A DNA stretch of 64,000 nt. It comes from Coprothermobacterota bacterium. GTDB lineage: Bacteria; Coprothermobacterota; HKB111. The stretch spans positions 64,001-128,000 of the forward strand of contig JBBIUB010000001.1 in NCBI GenBank assembly GCA_037440465.1, given 5' to 3'. A program made the translations under genes and the position numbers. Shown here piece by piece: positions 29,089-37,521 of this stretch; the first letter of the stretch is position 1, and every line of letters begins with the position of its first letter. The notes beneath the pieces are model-generated. The model was not told where the DNA came from, ran no database searches, and saw only the letters and a program-made list of their open reading frames with translations.

Positions 29089-29508
29089 CTATTTCTTGCC
29101 CAACTCTTTTTCAATCTTCGACTTCAAATCATCTCTTATCTCTCTGAAAACAACCCTGATTTCTTCTTCGCTACCTGTCGCCTCTGCAGGGTCAGGGAAA
29201 CTCCAGTGAAGATATTTTGTCGCTGTTCCGGGGAAAAAGGGACAGGTAGCCCTGGCTTTATCGCACACTGTTATTACAAAATCAAATTCCTGTCCCAGGA
29301 ACTCCTTCAGGGACTTTGATCTGTGATGAGATATGTTAATTCCTATCTCATCCATGACCTCAATAGATTTCGGGTTGACATTAGACGGGTGAGAACCAGC
29401 GCTGAAGACTTCAAAATTGTTTCCATAAAAGTGACGCAAAATCCCTTCAGCCATCTGAGACCGGGCAGAGTTCTGGGTACAGAGAAACATAACCTTTTTT
29501 TTCACCAC
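29089..29508 (-). CDS. arsC: Arsenate reductase ArsC (LMW-PTP fold)
   Basis: FLCTQNSARSQMAE, TVCD...CP, HW.FPDP. Confidence 0.85.
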   Translation of the reverse strand: MVKKKVMFLCTQNSARSQMAEGILRHFYGNNFEVFSAGSHPSNVNPKSIEVMDEIGINISHHRSKSLKEFLGQEFDFVITVCDKARATCPFFPGTATKYLHWSFPDPAEATGSEEEIRVVFREIRDDLKSKIEKELGKK

Positions 29509-29522
29509 AGGATTATCCTCTA

Positions 29523-30167
29523 TTAATCGGGGAGGACATAGAAAAGCATAGCGATGTAATGACTAATACTACCACCAAGAACAAAGAGGTGCCAGATTGT
29601 ATGGTTAAATGGGATCTTTCTAATAGCAAAAAATATTACTCCCAGGCTGTAAAATAAACCACCAATAATCAACCAGATAACTCCTCCTGCAGGTAATCTC
29701 TGAAGCAAGGGGCCAAAAGCCACAACAGCTAACCAACCCATTAATAGATAAAATGTAGTAGAAAGAATTTCATACCTTGTCTTAAAAATAATCTTATAAG
29801 TTATTCCCATAAGACCTAATCCCCAGATAATACCAAGTATAGTCCACCCCCATATTCCTCTTAAAGTCACCAGGGCAAAGGGAGTGTAAGTGCCTGCTAT
29901 TAATATATAAATTGCAGAATGGTCTATTATTCTGAAGATGCTTTTTACTTTCTTTTGCTGGAAACTATGGTAAAATGTAGAAGCTGCATATAACAAAACC
30001 AGGCTGGAACCATAAATACTAAAACTAACTATCCGCCAGACATCTCCTTTTGAACTTGCCAAAACCAGTAACATAACCAGACCAAAGATACTCAATCCAA
30101 AGCCAATTCCATGAGTGATACTATTAGCTATCTCTTCAGCAAAACTTTTTATTCTGGACCTAATCAT
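29523..30167 (-). CDS. Hemolysin III / PAQR family membrane protein
   Basis: EEIANSITHG, STFYH, DHSAIYILIAGTYTPF, HTIWHLFV; start set at ATG 30167. Confidence 0.92.
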   Translation of the reverse strand: MIRSRIKSFAEEIANSITHGIGFGLSIFGLVMLLVLASSKGDVWRIVSFSIYGSSLVLLYAASTFYHSFQQKKVKSIFRIIDHSAIYILIAGTYTPFALVTLRGIWGWTILGIIWGLGLMGITYKIIFKTRYEILSTTFYLLMGWLAVVAFGPLLQRLPAGGVIWLIIGGLFYSLGVIFFAIRKIPFNHTIWHLFVLGGSISHYIAMLFYVLPD

Positions 30168-31542
30168 CCCTGCTACCTCCAACATCATGATCAGGTAAAA
30201 GGTCTTCTGCTTCCCTAATTGCTTTGAAAGTATAACTACCCAAACCAACAAGAGCCCCTAACAACCCAAAAATTATAAACATTAAACTCATCCCTGAACC
30301 TTTATCAGTACCGACTAACCAACCAAAGGATAAGGCGAGAGTTGAATTATTACTCATAGCAGGTTCAAATACATAATCAGCCAGTGGACCTGCAATAAGC
30401 ATTGCTACAGGAGCGGTTATCTGGGCAATTAATCTTCTGACAGCAAAAACGCGCCCCTGTACATCAGGTGCTACCTTAGCCTGCCATATTCCCTGGTTGG
30501 AACCGTTAATTATAGGCAAGAAGAATGATGCAAAGAAGGAAGCTATCATCCATATTGGAAGGTTATGGCCAGCTCCCATCAAAACCATGCCCAGAAGGCT
30601 ACTTCCCACCATCCCCAGTAATACTCCATGTACTCGTTGTTTTGGCCCTCCCCATATACTTAATAAAAGAGCACCGAGAACTCCACCAACACCTGAGGTT
30701 GACCAAACGCTTCCCAGAATCACAGAATTATTTCCAGTACGAGCAAGAATCATTGGTGCAAGGACGGTATAGGCAATAGTGGCCATAAAGTTACTGGCAA
30801 AAAATACCAGTTGAAGACCCAGAAGACTTGGTCGTTGTAAGATATATTCAAATCCATATAGGGATTCCCGCCAGATACTTCCTTTCCCTTTCTGACCAGC
30901 TTCGGTTTTAGGAGGTTGAGGTATATACACCATAAGGAGAGCACCAATAGCAAAAATAAAAGTTAATATATCAATGGTCATAACACCTGCTATTCCAATA
31001 AACTTAAGTAAAATCCCAGCCAATATAGGAGCAGCAATTACTGAAGCTGAGTCGGCCAGAGAAAGCATTCCACTTGCCCTCGTATAGTGTTTTTTGGGAA
31101 GCATCATAGTTATAGCAGCAGAGTAGGCAGGAAATTGGAAGGCCTGGAAGGCGCCTGTTATGGCACCAGTAATAAACAGGTGCCAGATCTGAAGTTTGCC
31201 TGTAATATACAGTGTAAGAACTATAATAGTCATAATCCCTGCTATAAGGTCAGTCATTATCATGATTGTTTTTCGATTCCACCTGTCCACAAGAGCACCA
31301 GCTATGGGGCTTAATATAACAGTAGGTCCAAAAGAGAAAAAAGCCACCAGCGCCAGGGCAGTTACCTTACCTGTTATCTGCCATGCCCAGATTGTCAGGG
31401 CAAAACCGGTCATAGTTGTTCCAAGCAGAGAAACTAATTGCCCAAACCAGACCACCGTAAAACCAGGCATCCCGGTAAAACGATTTCTTTCATCATTAAA
31501 GGATTTATCTTCTGAGCTATTAGTATTTTTTACTTCATCCAA
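30160..31542 (-). CDS. MFS transporter (DHA3/MefA-like)
   Basis: WFGQLVSLLG, GALVDRWNRK motif A, QGRVF, about 12 TM segments. Confidence 0.9.
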   Translation of the reverse strand: MDEVKNTNSSEDKSFNDERNRFTGMPGFTVVWFGQLVSLLGTTMTGFALTIWAWQITGKVTALALVAFFSFGPTVILSPIAGALVDRWNRKTIMIMTDLIAGIMTIIVLTLYITGKLQIWHLFITGAITGAFQAFQFPAYSAAITMMLPKKHYTRASGMLSLADSASVIAAPILAGILLKFIGIAGVMTIDILTFIFAIGALLMVYIPQPPKTEAGQKGKGSIWRESLYGFEYILQRPSLLGLQLVFFASNFMATIAYTVLAPMILARTGNNSVILGSVWSTSGVGGVLGALLLSIWGGPKQRVHGVLLGMVGSSLLGMVLMGAGHNLPIWMIASFFASFFLPIINGSNQGIWQAKVAPDVQGRVFAVRRLIAQITAPVAMLIAGPLADYVFEPAMSNNSTLALSFGWLVGTDKGSGMSLMFIIFGLLGALVGLGSYTFKAIREAEDLLPDHDVGGSRDD

Positions 31543-31630
31543 ATTTATTCTTCCTCCAACTAATATATAGGGATGATTCTCACGTACTTAAAAAAAGTTT
31601 TCAATTACATTCAAGTAAGCTGTTTTTATC

Positions 31631-32980
31631 TTATTTCATAGAAGCACAATGGCTATATAATACATCGTTCAATATTTTATTTAAAGCCGCTGATGATTTT
31701 ATCATGAGCTCATCTTCATCAATAAATAGTAGTTTGCCATTTAAACATAATGGTTTACCGTCAACAATGGTGGACTCTACTGAATAAGCATTTAATGCAT
31801 AAACCAGGAGAGAGTAAGGATTAGCCTCACCAATAGGCCAGGCATTAATCTTTTTGGGATTTATGATAACCATATCTGCTTTTTTCCCCACTTCTAAACT
31901 ACCAACCTCTTTATTTAGACCCAGGGCTTTTGCACCTCCCAGCGTTGCCAGAGTAAAAGTAGTTTCCGCAGGCATAGTTGTAGGTCCATGAATTGGCTTT
32001 TGTATTAGGGAAGCGAGACGCATTTCCATGAATACATCCAGATTATTATTACAGGGAGCACCGTCAGCACCTAACGAAACATCAATACCCATTTCCAACA
32101 TTTTTGGGATTGGTGCTATACCTGATGCCAGTTTAAGGTTAGAAGAGGGACAGTGGAGTACTTTTGTTCCAGTATTCTTGAGCGTTTCCAGCTCTTTTTC
32201 GGTTACATGTACACAGTGAGCTAAAAGAAGATTTTCTCCAGTTAGTCCTAACGAATCGAGGTATTCAATATTATCCTTTCCAAATCTTTCTTTTACAAGT
32301 CTCACTTCTTCTCTGTTTTCTGAAGCGTGAGTGTGAAGTAAGAGGTTATTTTTTTGAGCTAATTCTTTAGCACTAATAAGGAGTTCTTCAGTAGAAGATA
32401 TAACAAACCGAGGTGTAACTGCATAACGAATCCTACCTCCATCTTTAAGATGAAATGTTTTTATGAGTTCTTCAGTTTCCCTGAGAGTATTTGAAGTTCT
32501 TTCTTTTAACAGATCAGGACTATCAGATCCAAAATCCATCATTACTTTCCCACAAGTGGCCCTTATTCCTGTCTCAAGTAGAACATCAAAAACCACTTCG
32601 CTATGGTGAACAGTAGCCATATCTAATATACAGGTGGTTCCACCTCTAATGAGTTCTGCCACTCCCAGTAATGCTGAAATCCTTATAGTTTCTTTATCAA
32701 GAGAAGTTTCAAAAGGTAAGATTCTTTTTTTTAACCAGTCTAAAAGCTCCAGGTCATTTGCTTGATTGCGAAAAAGTGTCTGAATTAAGTGAATGTGAGT
32801 CTGTATCAACCCTGGAATTACCCATTTACCTTCTGCATCTATTACCAGGTTAGCTGTGTTCCGGGAACTTTCAAGCTCTTTTATAATGTTCCCTTCTACA
32901 TAAATATCGCCTTTGAACACCCTTCTTCGGGGGTCCATAGTAATTAATAGTCCATTTTTTACCAGAATGGATGAGTTCAT
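31631..32980 (-). CDS. Amidohydrolase (Atz/Trz/SsnA/5'-deoxyadenosine deaminase-like)
   Basis: PGLIQTHIH, HASEN, AHCVH, HCPSSNLKL, GADG. Confidence 0.88.
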   Translation of the reverse strand: MNSSILVKNGLLITMDPRRRVFKGDIYVEGNIIKELESSRNTANLVIDAEGKWVIPGLIQTHIHLIQTLFRNQANDLELLDWLKKRILPFETSLDKETIRISALLGVAELIRGGTTCILDMATVHHSEVVFDVLLETGIRATCGKVMMDFGSDSPDLLKERTSNTLRETEELIKTFHLKDGGRIRYAVTPRFVISSTEELLISAKELAQKNNLLLHTHASENREEVRLVKERFGKDNIEYLDSLGLTGENLLLAHCVHVTEKELETLKNTGTKVLHCPSSNLKLASGIAPIPKMLEMGIDVSLGADGAPCNNNLDVFMEMRLASLIQKPIHGPTTMPAETTFTLATLGGAKALGLNKEVGSLEVGKKADMVIINPKKINAWPIGEANPYSLLVYALNAYSVESTIVDGKPLCLNGKLLFIDEDELMIKSSAALNKILNDVLYSHCASMK

Positions 32981-33990
32981 AAACGTCCATTTCCCATTAT
33001 CAGAGCCATCAATGCTTTCTGAATGTGGAGCCTGTTTTCTGCCTCATCTTTAACTACTGAATGTGGTCCATCAATGACCTCATTAGTGACCTCAAATCCC
33101 CTGTCAGCAGGAAGGGGGTGCATATATAGAGCGTGTTTTTTAGTTAGGCTCATCATCTGAAAGTCGCATCTCCAGGAAGGATATTTCTTAATAAGTTCTA
33201 TTCCTTCTTTTTGATCCTGTGTGTATACTAAAGGACCCCAGGACTTAGGAATAACTACATCAGCATCCTTGAAAGCCTCATCCATACCTTGAGGATCGCT
33301 GACTATTTTGAGGTTTCCCCCACCATCCTGTGCCCTTTGTTGTGCCAGCTCTACAATCTCTTTTTGAAGATTAAACTCGGGAGGATGAGCTAAAACCACA
33401 TCTATACCATAACGGGGCATAAGAGTAATCAAACTCTGAGGGACAGAGATAGGTCTAACATAATTAGGGGCATGGGTCCATGATACGCCAAGCTTTAAAC
33501 CTTTTAGATTGCGGGTGGAGAATTTTTCCATCATAGTCAATAAATCTCCCATTATCTGAGGAGGATGATAAACATCATCCTGCATGTTGATAACAGGAAT
33601 AGAAGCGTACTTTTCAACTTCCCTGAGGTATTTATGTCCTTCATTATAAGTACAATATCTTATAGATATCCCATGACCATAACGACTCAAAACCTCTGCT
33701 GTATCTTTTGGACCCTCTCCATGAGAAATCTGCAAGGCAGAAGGGCTCAAAAAATGGGCATGACCACCAAGCTGGGTCATACCAGCCTCAAAAGAGTTTC
33801 TTGTTCTGGTAGAAGAGTCAAAAAATATCATAAATAGGGTTTTATTCTTAAGTATCTCGTGGGGGAAACCAAGACCAAAAAGCATTTTAAGGTAAAAAGC
33901 TACCTCTATTATGGTATCCAGCTCTTCTCTATTCCAATCTTCATGTGTTATAAAATGTCTTCCTCTTAAGTCAGTTCGCAAAACAGTCAC
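32977..33990 (-). CDS. ygeW: YgeW-like carbamoyltransferase
   Basis: STRT carbamoyl-P motif, HPPQ, SWTHAPNYVRPISVPQSL (YgeW-type loop), KSW, MHPLPADRG, EAENR. Confidence 0.75.
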   Translation of the reverse strand: MTVLRTDLRGRHFITHEDWNREELDTIIEVAFYLKMLFGLGFPHEILKNKTLFMIFFDSSTRTRNSFEAGMTQLGGHAHFLSPSALQISHGEGPKDTAEVLSRYGHGISIRYCTYNEGHKYLREVEKYASIPVINMQDDVYHPPQIMGDLLTMMEKFSTRNLKGLKLGVSWTHAPNYVRPISVPQSLITLMPRYGIDVVLAHPPEFNLQKEIVELAQQRAQDGGGNLKIVSDPQGMDEAFKDADVVIPKSWGPLVYTQDQKEGIELIKKYPSWRCDFQMMSLTKKHALYMHPLPADRGFEVTNEVIDGPHSVVKDEAENRLHIQKALMALIMGNGRL

Positions 33991-34018
33991 CTCCTTATAA
34001 TAAATCTAAAATTTTCAC

Positions 34019-34050
34019 TGGAATCCTTGACCCCTTGAATCCTTGACTCC
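34019..34050. repeat. Four degenerate 8-mer tandem repeats
   Basis: TGGAATCC TTGACCCC TTGAATCC TTGACTCC, intergenic between ygeY and ygeW. Confidence 0.75.
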
Positions 34051-34068
34051 TATGTTTATTTAAATATG

Positions 34069-35271
34069 TTACCCATTTCTTTGGCTGAAAACATGTGGAA
34101 ATAGAGCATAAAACTCTGTAGCCTTTAAAAGATGGTCAACAGGAACCTGATCATTGCTGGTATGAGCATACTCTTCCTCACCAGGTCCATACCCTATAGT
34201 TGGAATGCCTGCTTTACCCATCCAGTATACTCCGTTGGTACTGAAATTCCACCTACCCAACGTAGCTTTCTCGCTCGTTAATAAATAATGTGTTTCCTGA
34301 GCTACTTTGACAAAGGGAGACATTTCAGGAAGAGCCCAGGAAGGAAAATAGTGTTCTAATTTAAGGTTCATGCCGGTATAAGCCTTAAAAACAGACTCTA
34401 TAACTTCTATCTTTCCTCCATAAGGCTGAATAGCTTCCTCAATCTCTTTTTTTACTCTTTCCAGAGTCTCACCCGCTGTCAACCTTCTATCAATAAAAAG
34501 AGTAGCTTTTGCAGGTACAGCGTTAATAGATGAAGTATCTACCTTCAAGTCTGAAACAACGAGGCTACCCTTCCCAAGAAAATGGTCTTCCAGAAAATTT
34601 TTATTCAACTCTTCCAATTCTAATAGAGCCTTTGAAGATTTAATAAGTGCGTTTTCCCCTAAATGAGGCATGGAAGCATGAGCAGAACGACCGGTAAAAG
34701 ATATGGAAAATTCAACTCTACCTCTATGACCACGATAAATTCTAAGTCCTGTAGGTTCACCAATAACAACACCCTCTGGTCTCATGCCTTTATTTTCTAC
34801 AAGCACCTGGCTGGCTAAACCGTCGCATATTTCTTCAGCATTACCTTGAAGGTAAAGAGTAAATTCGGAAGGAAGAAGATTTAGCTCTCTGGCAATTACC
34901 ATACCAAAAAACATAGAGGCAAAACCACCTTTTTCATCACCTGCCCCCAATCCATAAATTACTCCATCTTCTTCGTAAGCATTAAAAGGGTCTCCCTTCC
35001 AGGAATTAATATCTCCAACGCCTACTGTATCTAAATGAGCATCGTAAACCATGGCTCGGGGCCCTTCACCTATTCTAATAAGAGCATTACCCATAGGGTC
35101 TCTTTCAAAATCCAGTCCCCATTGGATCGCCTGGTTTTCAACAAAGGTTACTATATCTTTAATGTCTCCACAAATGCTTTTAATACCAATTAAATCCCTT
35201 AATAAATTTTTTATCTCATTCTTTTTTTTAAAACCAACTTCCTTAATCTTATTTATCAACTCTTCTTTCAT
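34069..35271 (-). CDS. ygeY: YgeY-like M20 metallohydrolase
   Basis: DAHLDTVG, GAGDEKGG, EEICDG, EPT..IYRGHRGR, DRRLT.GET, W.FSTNGV, G.GPG.E..AH. Confidence 0.85.
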   Translation of the reverse strand: MKEELINKIKEVGFKKKNEIKNLLRDLIGIKSICGDIKDIVTFVENQAIQWGLDFERDPMGNALIRIGEGPRAMVYDAHLDTVGVGDINSWKGDPFNAYEEDGVIYGLGAGDEKGGFASMFFGMVIARELNLLPSEFTLYLQGNAEEICDGLASQVLVENKGMRPEGVVIGEPTGLRIYRGHRGRVEFSISFTGRSAHASMPHLGENALIKSSKALLELEELNKNFLEDHFLGKGSLVVSDLKVDTSSINAVPAKATLFIDRRLTAGETLERVKKEIEEAIQPYGGKIEVIESVFKAYTGMNLKLEHYFPSWALPEMSPFVKVAQETHYLLTSEKATLGRWNFSTNGVYWMGKAGIPTIGYGPGEEEYAHTSNDQVPVDHLLKATEFYALFPHVFSQRNG

Positions 35272-36291
35272 CTATTCAATAACCTCTATTTTTTCAAGTA
35301 TAGCAATTTGTTCTTCAGTAAGCCCTGTTTGATGTTCCCTTTCTGGAATCTCTACTACCTTTTCTTCTCCTAATAGTGCTGTAGAAAGGTACCGAAAGCC
35401 ATGATCATTAAACATGGTTATCACTCTTTTAAATTTAGGATGTTTCTTCTTGAGCTTCAAAGCCCCAACCACGTTAGCTCCAGTAGATATTCCAACAAAA
35501 AGACCTTCTTCTCTGGACATTCTGTTAGCCATATCAATAGCTTCCTGGGATGAAACAAGAACCACACCGTCAAGAAGGGTAATATCAAAAATAGAAGGTA
35601 CAAAACCATCACCTATTCCTTCTATCTTATGGTAACCCCAACCCCTCCCAGCTAAAATAGCGCACTCTTTAGGTTCTATGGCAAATATTCTAATTGAGGG
35701 GTTCTTCTCTTTCAAAAACTTGGCAACACCTGTAATTGTCCCTGCACTACCTTGCGTTGCTATAAAGGCATCAATAGTTCCACCTGTCTGTTCCCATATT
35801 TCGGGACCAGTTGTCATATAGTGAGCCTCTACATTTAAAGGATTATTAAACTGATTTACCCAAAAATATTTGCCCGGTTCCACTTCTAATAATTCCTGAA
35901 CTTTCTTAAGAGTAAGATCTACATCAGATTCTGCTCCTGGTGTAAACATTATTTCTGCTCCAAAGGCTCGGATAGCTTTCTTCCTTTCTTCACTCATACC
36001 ATCGGGCATTATTATCAAAACTGGATGACCCAAAAAAGCTCCCATCATAGCTGTAGCAATTCCCGTATTGCCTGTAGTAGCTTCAAGAATAGTTATTCCA
36101 GGTTTTAGCTTTCCTTCCTTTATTGCTGAGGTTAGAATGTGGAGAAGGATTCTGTCCTTCAGGCTACCTGAAGGATTTAGAAATTCACACTTCCCAAGAA
36201 TCTCCAATTCCTCCTTAACTCCAATCCTGGTAAGTTTTAAAAGAGGAGTTTTACCAATAAGCTGAGTTAGGTTCTCTTTATACTTTGACAT
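35272..36291 (-). CDS. PLP-dependent cysteine synthase (fold II) family enzyme
   Basis: IGKTPL, EFLNPSGSLKDR (PLP Lys), EATTGNTG, QFNN, HKIEGIG; QGSAGT replaces the usual GxGTGGT loop. Confidence 0.85.
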   Translation of the reverse strand: MSKYKENLTQLIGKTPLLKLTRIGVKEELEILGKCEFLNPSGSLKDRILLHILTSAIKEGKLKPGITILEATTGNTGIATAMMGAFLGHPVLIIMPDGMSEERKKAIRAFGAEIMFTPGAESDVDLTLKKVQELLEVEPGKYFWVNQFNNPLNVEAHYMTTGPEIWEQTGGTIDAFIATQGSAGTITGVAKFLKEKNPSIRIFAIEPKECAILAGRGWGYHKIEGIGDGFVPSIFDITLLDGVVLVSSQEAIDMANRMSREEGLFVGISTGANVVGALKLKKKHPKFKRVITMFNDHGFRYLSTALLGEEKVVEIPEREHQTGLTEEQIAILEKIEVIE

Positions 36292-36324
36292 TAAAATTAC
36301 CTCCAGATATTTTTATAAACCTCC

Positions 36325-37521
36325 TCATATCCGAGGAAAGGGCTTGCTTAAAGCATGAGTTGGGCAGAGAGAATAGCAGAGTCCGCAGCCCACGCAACAG
36401 TCTTCATCAAGAAAAAGATAGCTTCTACCGTTTTCCTCTTTGATACTCAAGGCTTCACTCACGCAGGTTTTTACACAGAGTCCACAGGTTTTACACTTTT
36501 CTTCATCAACTACAGTTGCTACCCGTTCCACCACTTCATCTTGACCATCCTTCAGGGAGCGAAGGTAAAGACCCTGGATATCCTTCACAGAAGTGAAATC
36601 ATGCTCTTCTAACCACTCCTCTAACTCCCTTACCACTCTGCCGAAGATAGAAGGTCCCTCTAGTATGGCACCAGTACATATCTGAACCATAGAAGCTCCT
36701 GCCATTAAAAATTCCACTACATCACTCCCCGATAAAACACCGCCTACTCCAATAACTGGCCTTTTTGTAGAACGAGCAATGTCAAAAACAATCCTCAGAG
36801 CTAATGGTTTAATAGGTGCTCCTGATATCCAGCCAAAGCCATACTTGCTTCCCAGTACAGGTTCAACCTTATCAATATCAAAAGTTAACGTAGGACCTAA
36901 GGAATTGATAGCCACAAAACCATCTACATAAGGTTCTAAGGCTTGTACTAACTCAATAACATCAGGGACATTTGGAGAAATCTTGGGAAATATTGGGATA
37001 GATACAGCATTTCTAAGGGATTTAGCTGTATCTACCAAAGGTTCCAGACTTTTACCCAGGTAATGCAGGGAAAACTCAATAGCTGAAACCCCCTTTTTCT
37101 CCACTAAAGGACCTATCTCCCTAACTTGAGCTGGAGAATATCCTATGCTGGCAATCACTGGAAGATTAGAGCTAAGGGCTATATCATACTCCTTATTAAG
37201 CCAGTCTTCTAAAGGTTTTTCAGACCAGAGTTCAGTATTTAGAAGAGCCTGGCTTAATTTGATCTTAACCCTCGAGGCTTTAACTAACTTACCTTGAATT
37301 ACCGTAGATATCTCATGAAGCAATTCCCCTCTTTGTGGAACCATCATATTAGGTTTAGGTACTTTAGCAGGGTTGGTTGATACAGTCTTGGTAACCAAAC
37401 CACCTGCACCACCTTTAGCCATCTTTAAAAGGGTATCACCGTCACGGGAAGGAGTGCCTGCTGCCACCAGAATCGGGTTCGGGAATCTGATTCCACAAAG
37501 ATCTACCCTAAGATCCACCAT
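36325..37521 (-). CDS. Dihydropyrimidine dehydrogenase PreA / DHOD-like FMN protein with C-terminal 2x[4Fe-4S]
   Basis: FPNP..VAAG, VTKT, KISPN, AINS, GWISG..IKP.AL, GVGG, AGASMVQ, CKTCGLC and CVGCGLC. Catalytic loop reads EFSLH, not ELNxSCP. Confidence 0.8.
   Translation of the reverse strand: MVDLRVDLCGIRFPNPILVAAGTPSRDGDTLLKMAKGGAGGLVTKTVSTNPAKVPKPNMMVPQRGELLHEISTVIQGKLVKASRVKIKLSQALLNTELWSEKPLEDWLNKEYDIALSSNLPVIASIGYSPAQVREIGPLVEKKGVSAIEFSLHYLGKSLEPLVDTAKSLRNAVSIPIFPKISPNVPDVIELVQALEPYVDGFVAINSLGPTLTFDIDKVEPVLGSKYGFGWISGAPIKPLALRIVFDIARSTKRPVIGVGGVLSGSDVVEFLMAGASMVQICTGAILEGPSIFGRVVRELEEWLEEHDFTSVKDIQGLYLRSLKDGQDEVVERVATVVDEEKCKTCGLCVKTCVSEALSIKEENGRSYLFLDEDCCVGCGLCYSLCPTHALSKPFPRI

Noticed and set aside
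29089..31542. arsC, hemolysin III and MFS as members of the AOR/yge pathway
   Set aside because: They are generic families separated from the amidohydrolase by an 88 bp gap with a possible own promoter; co-orientation is the only link
32977..33990. Ordinary ornithine carbamoyltransferase (argF/arcB)
   Set aside because: It lacks the DxxxSMG ornithine-binding loop, has YgeW-type segments and lies next to ygeY
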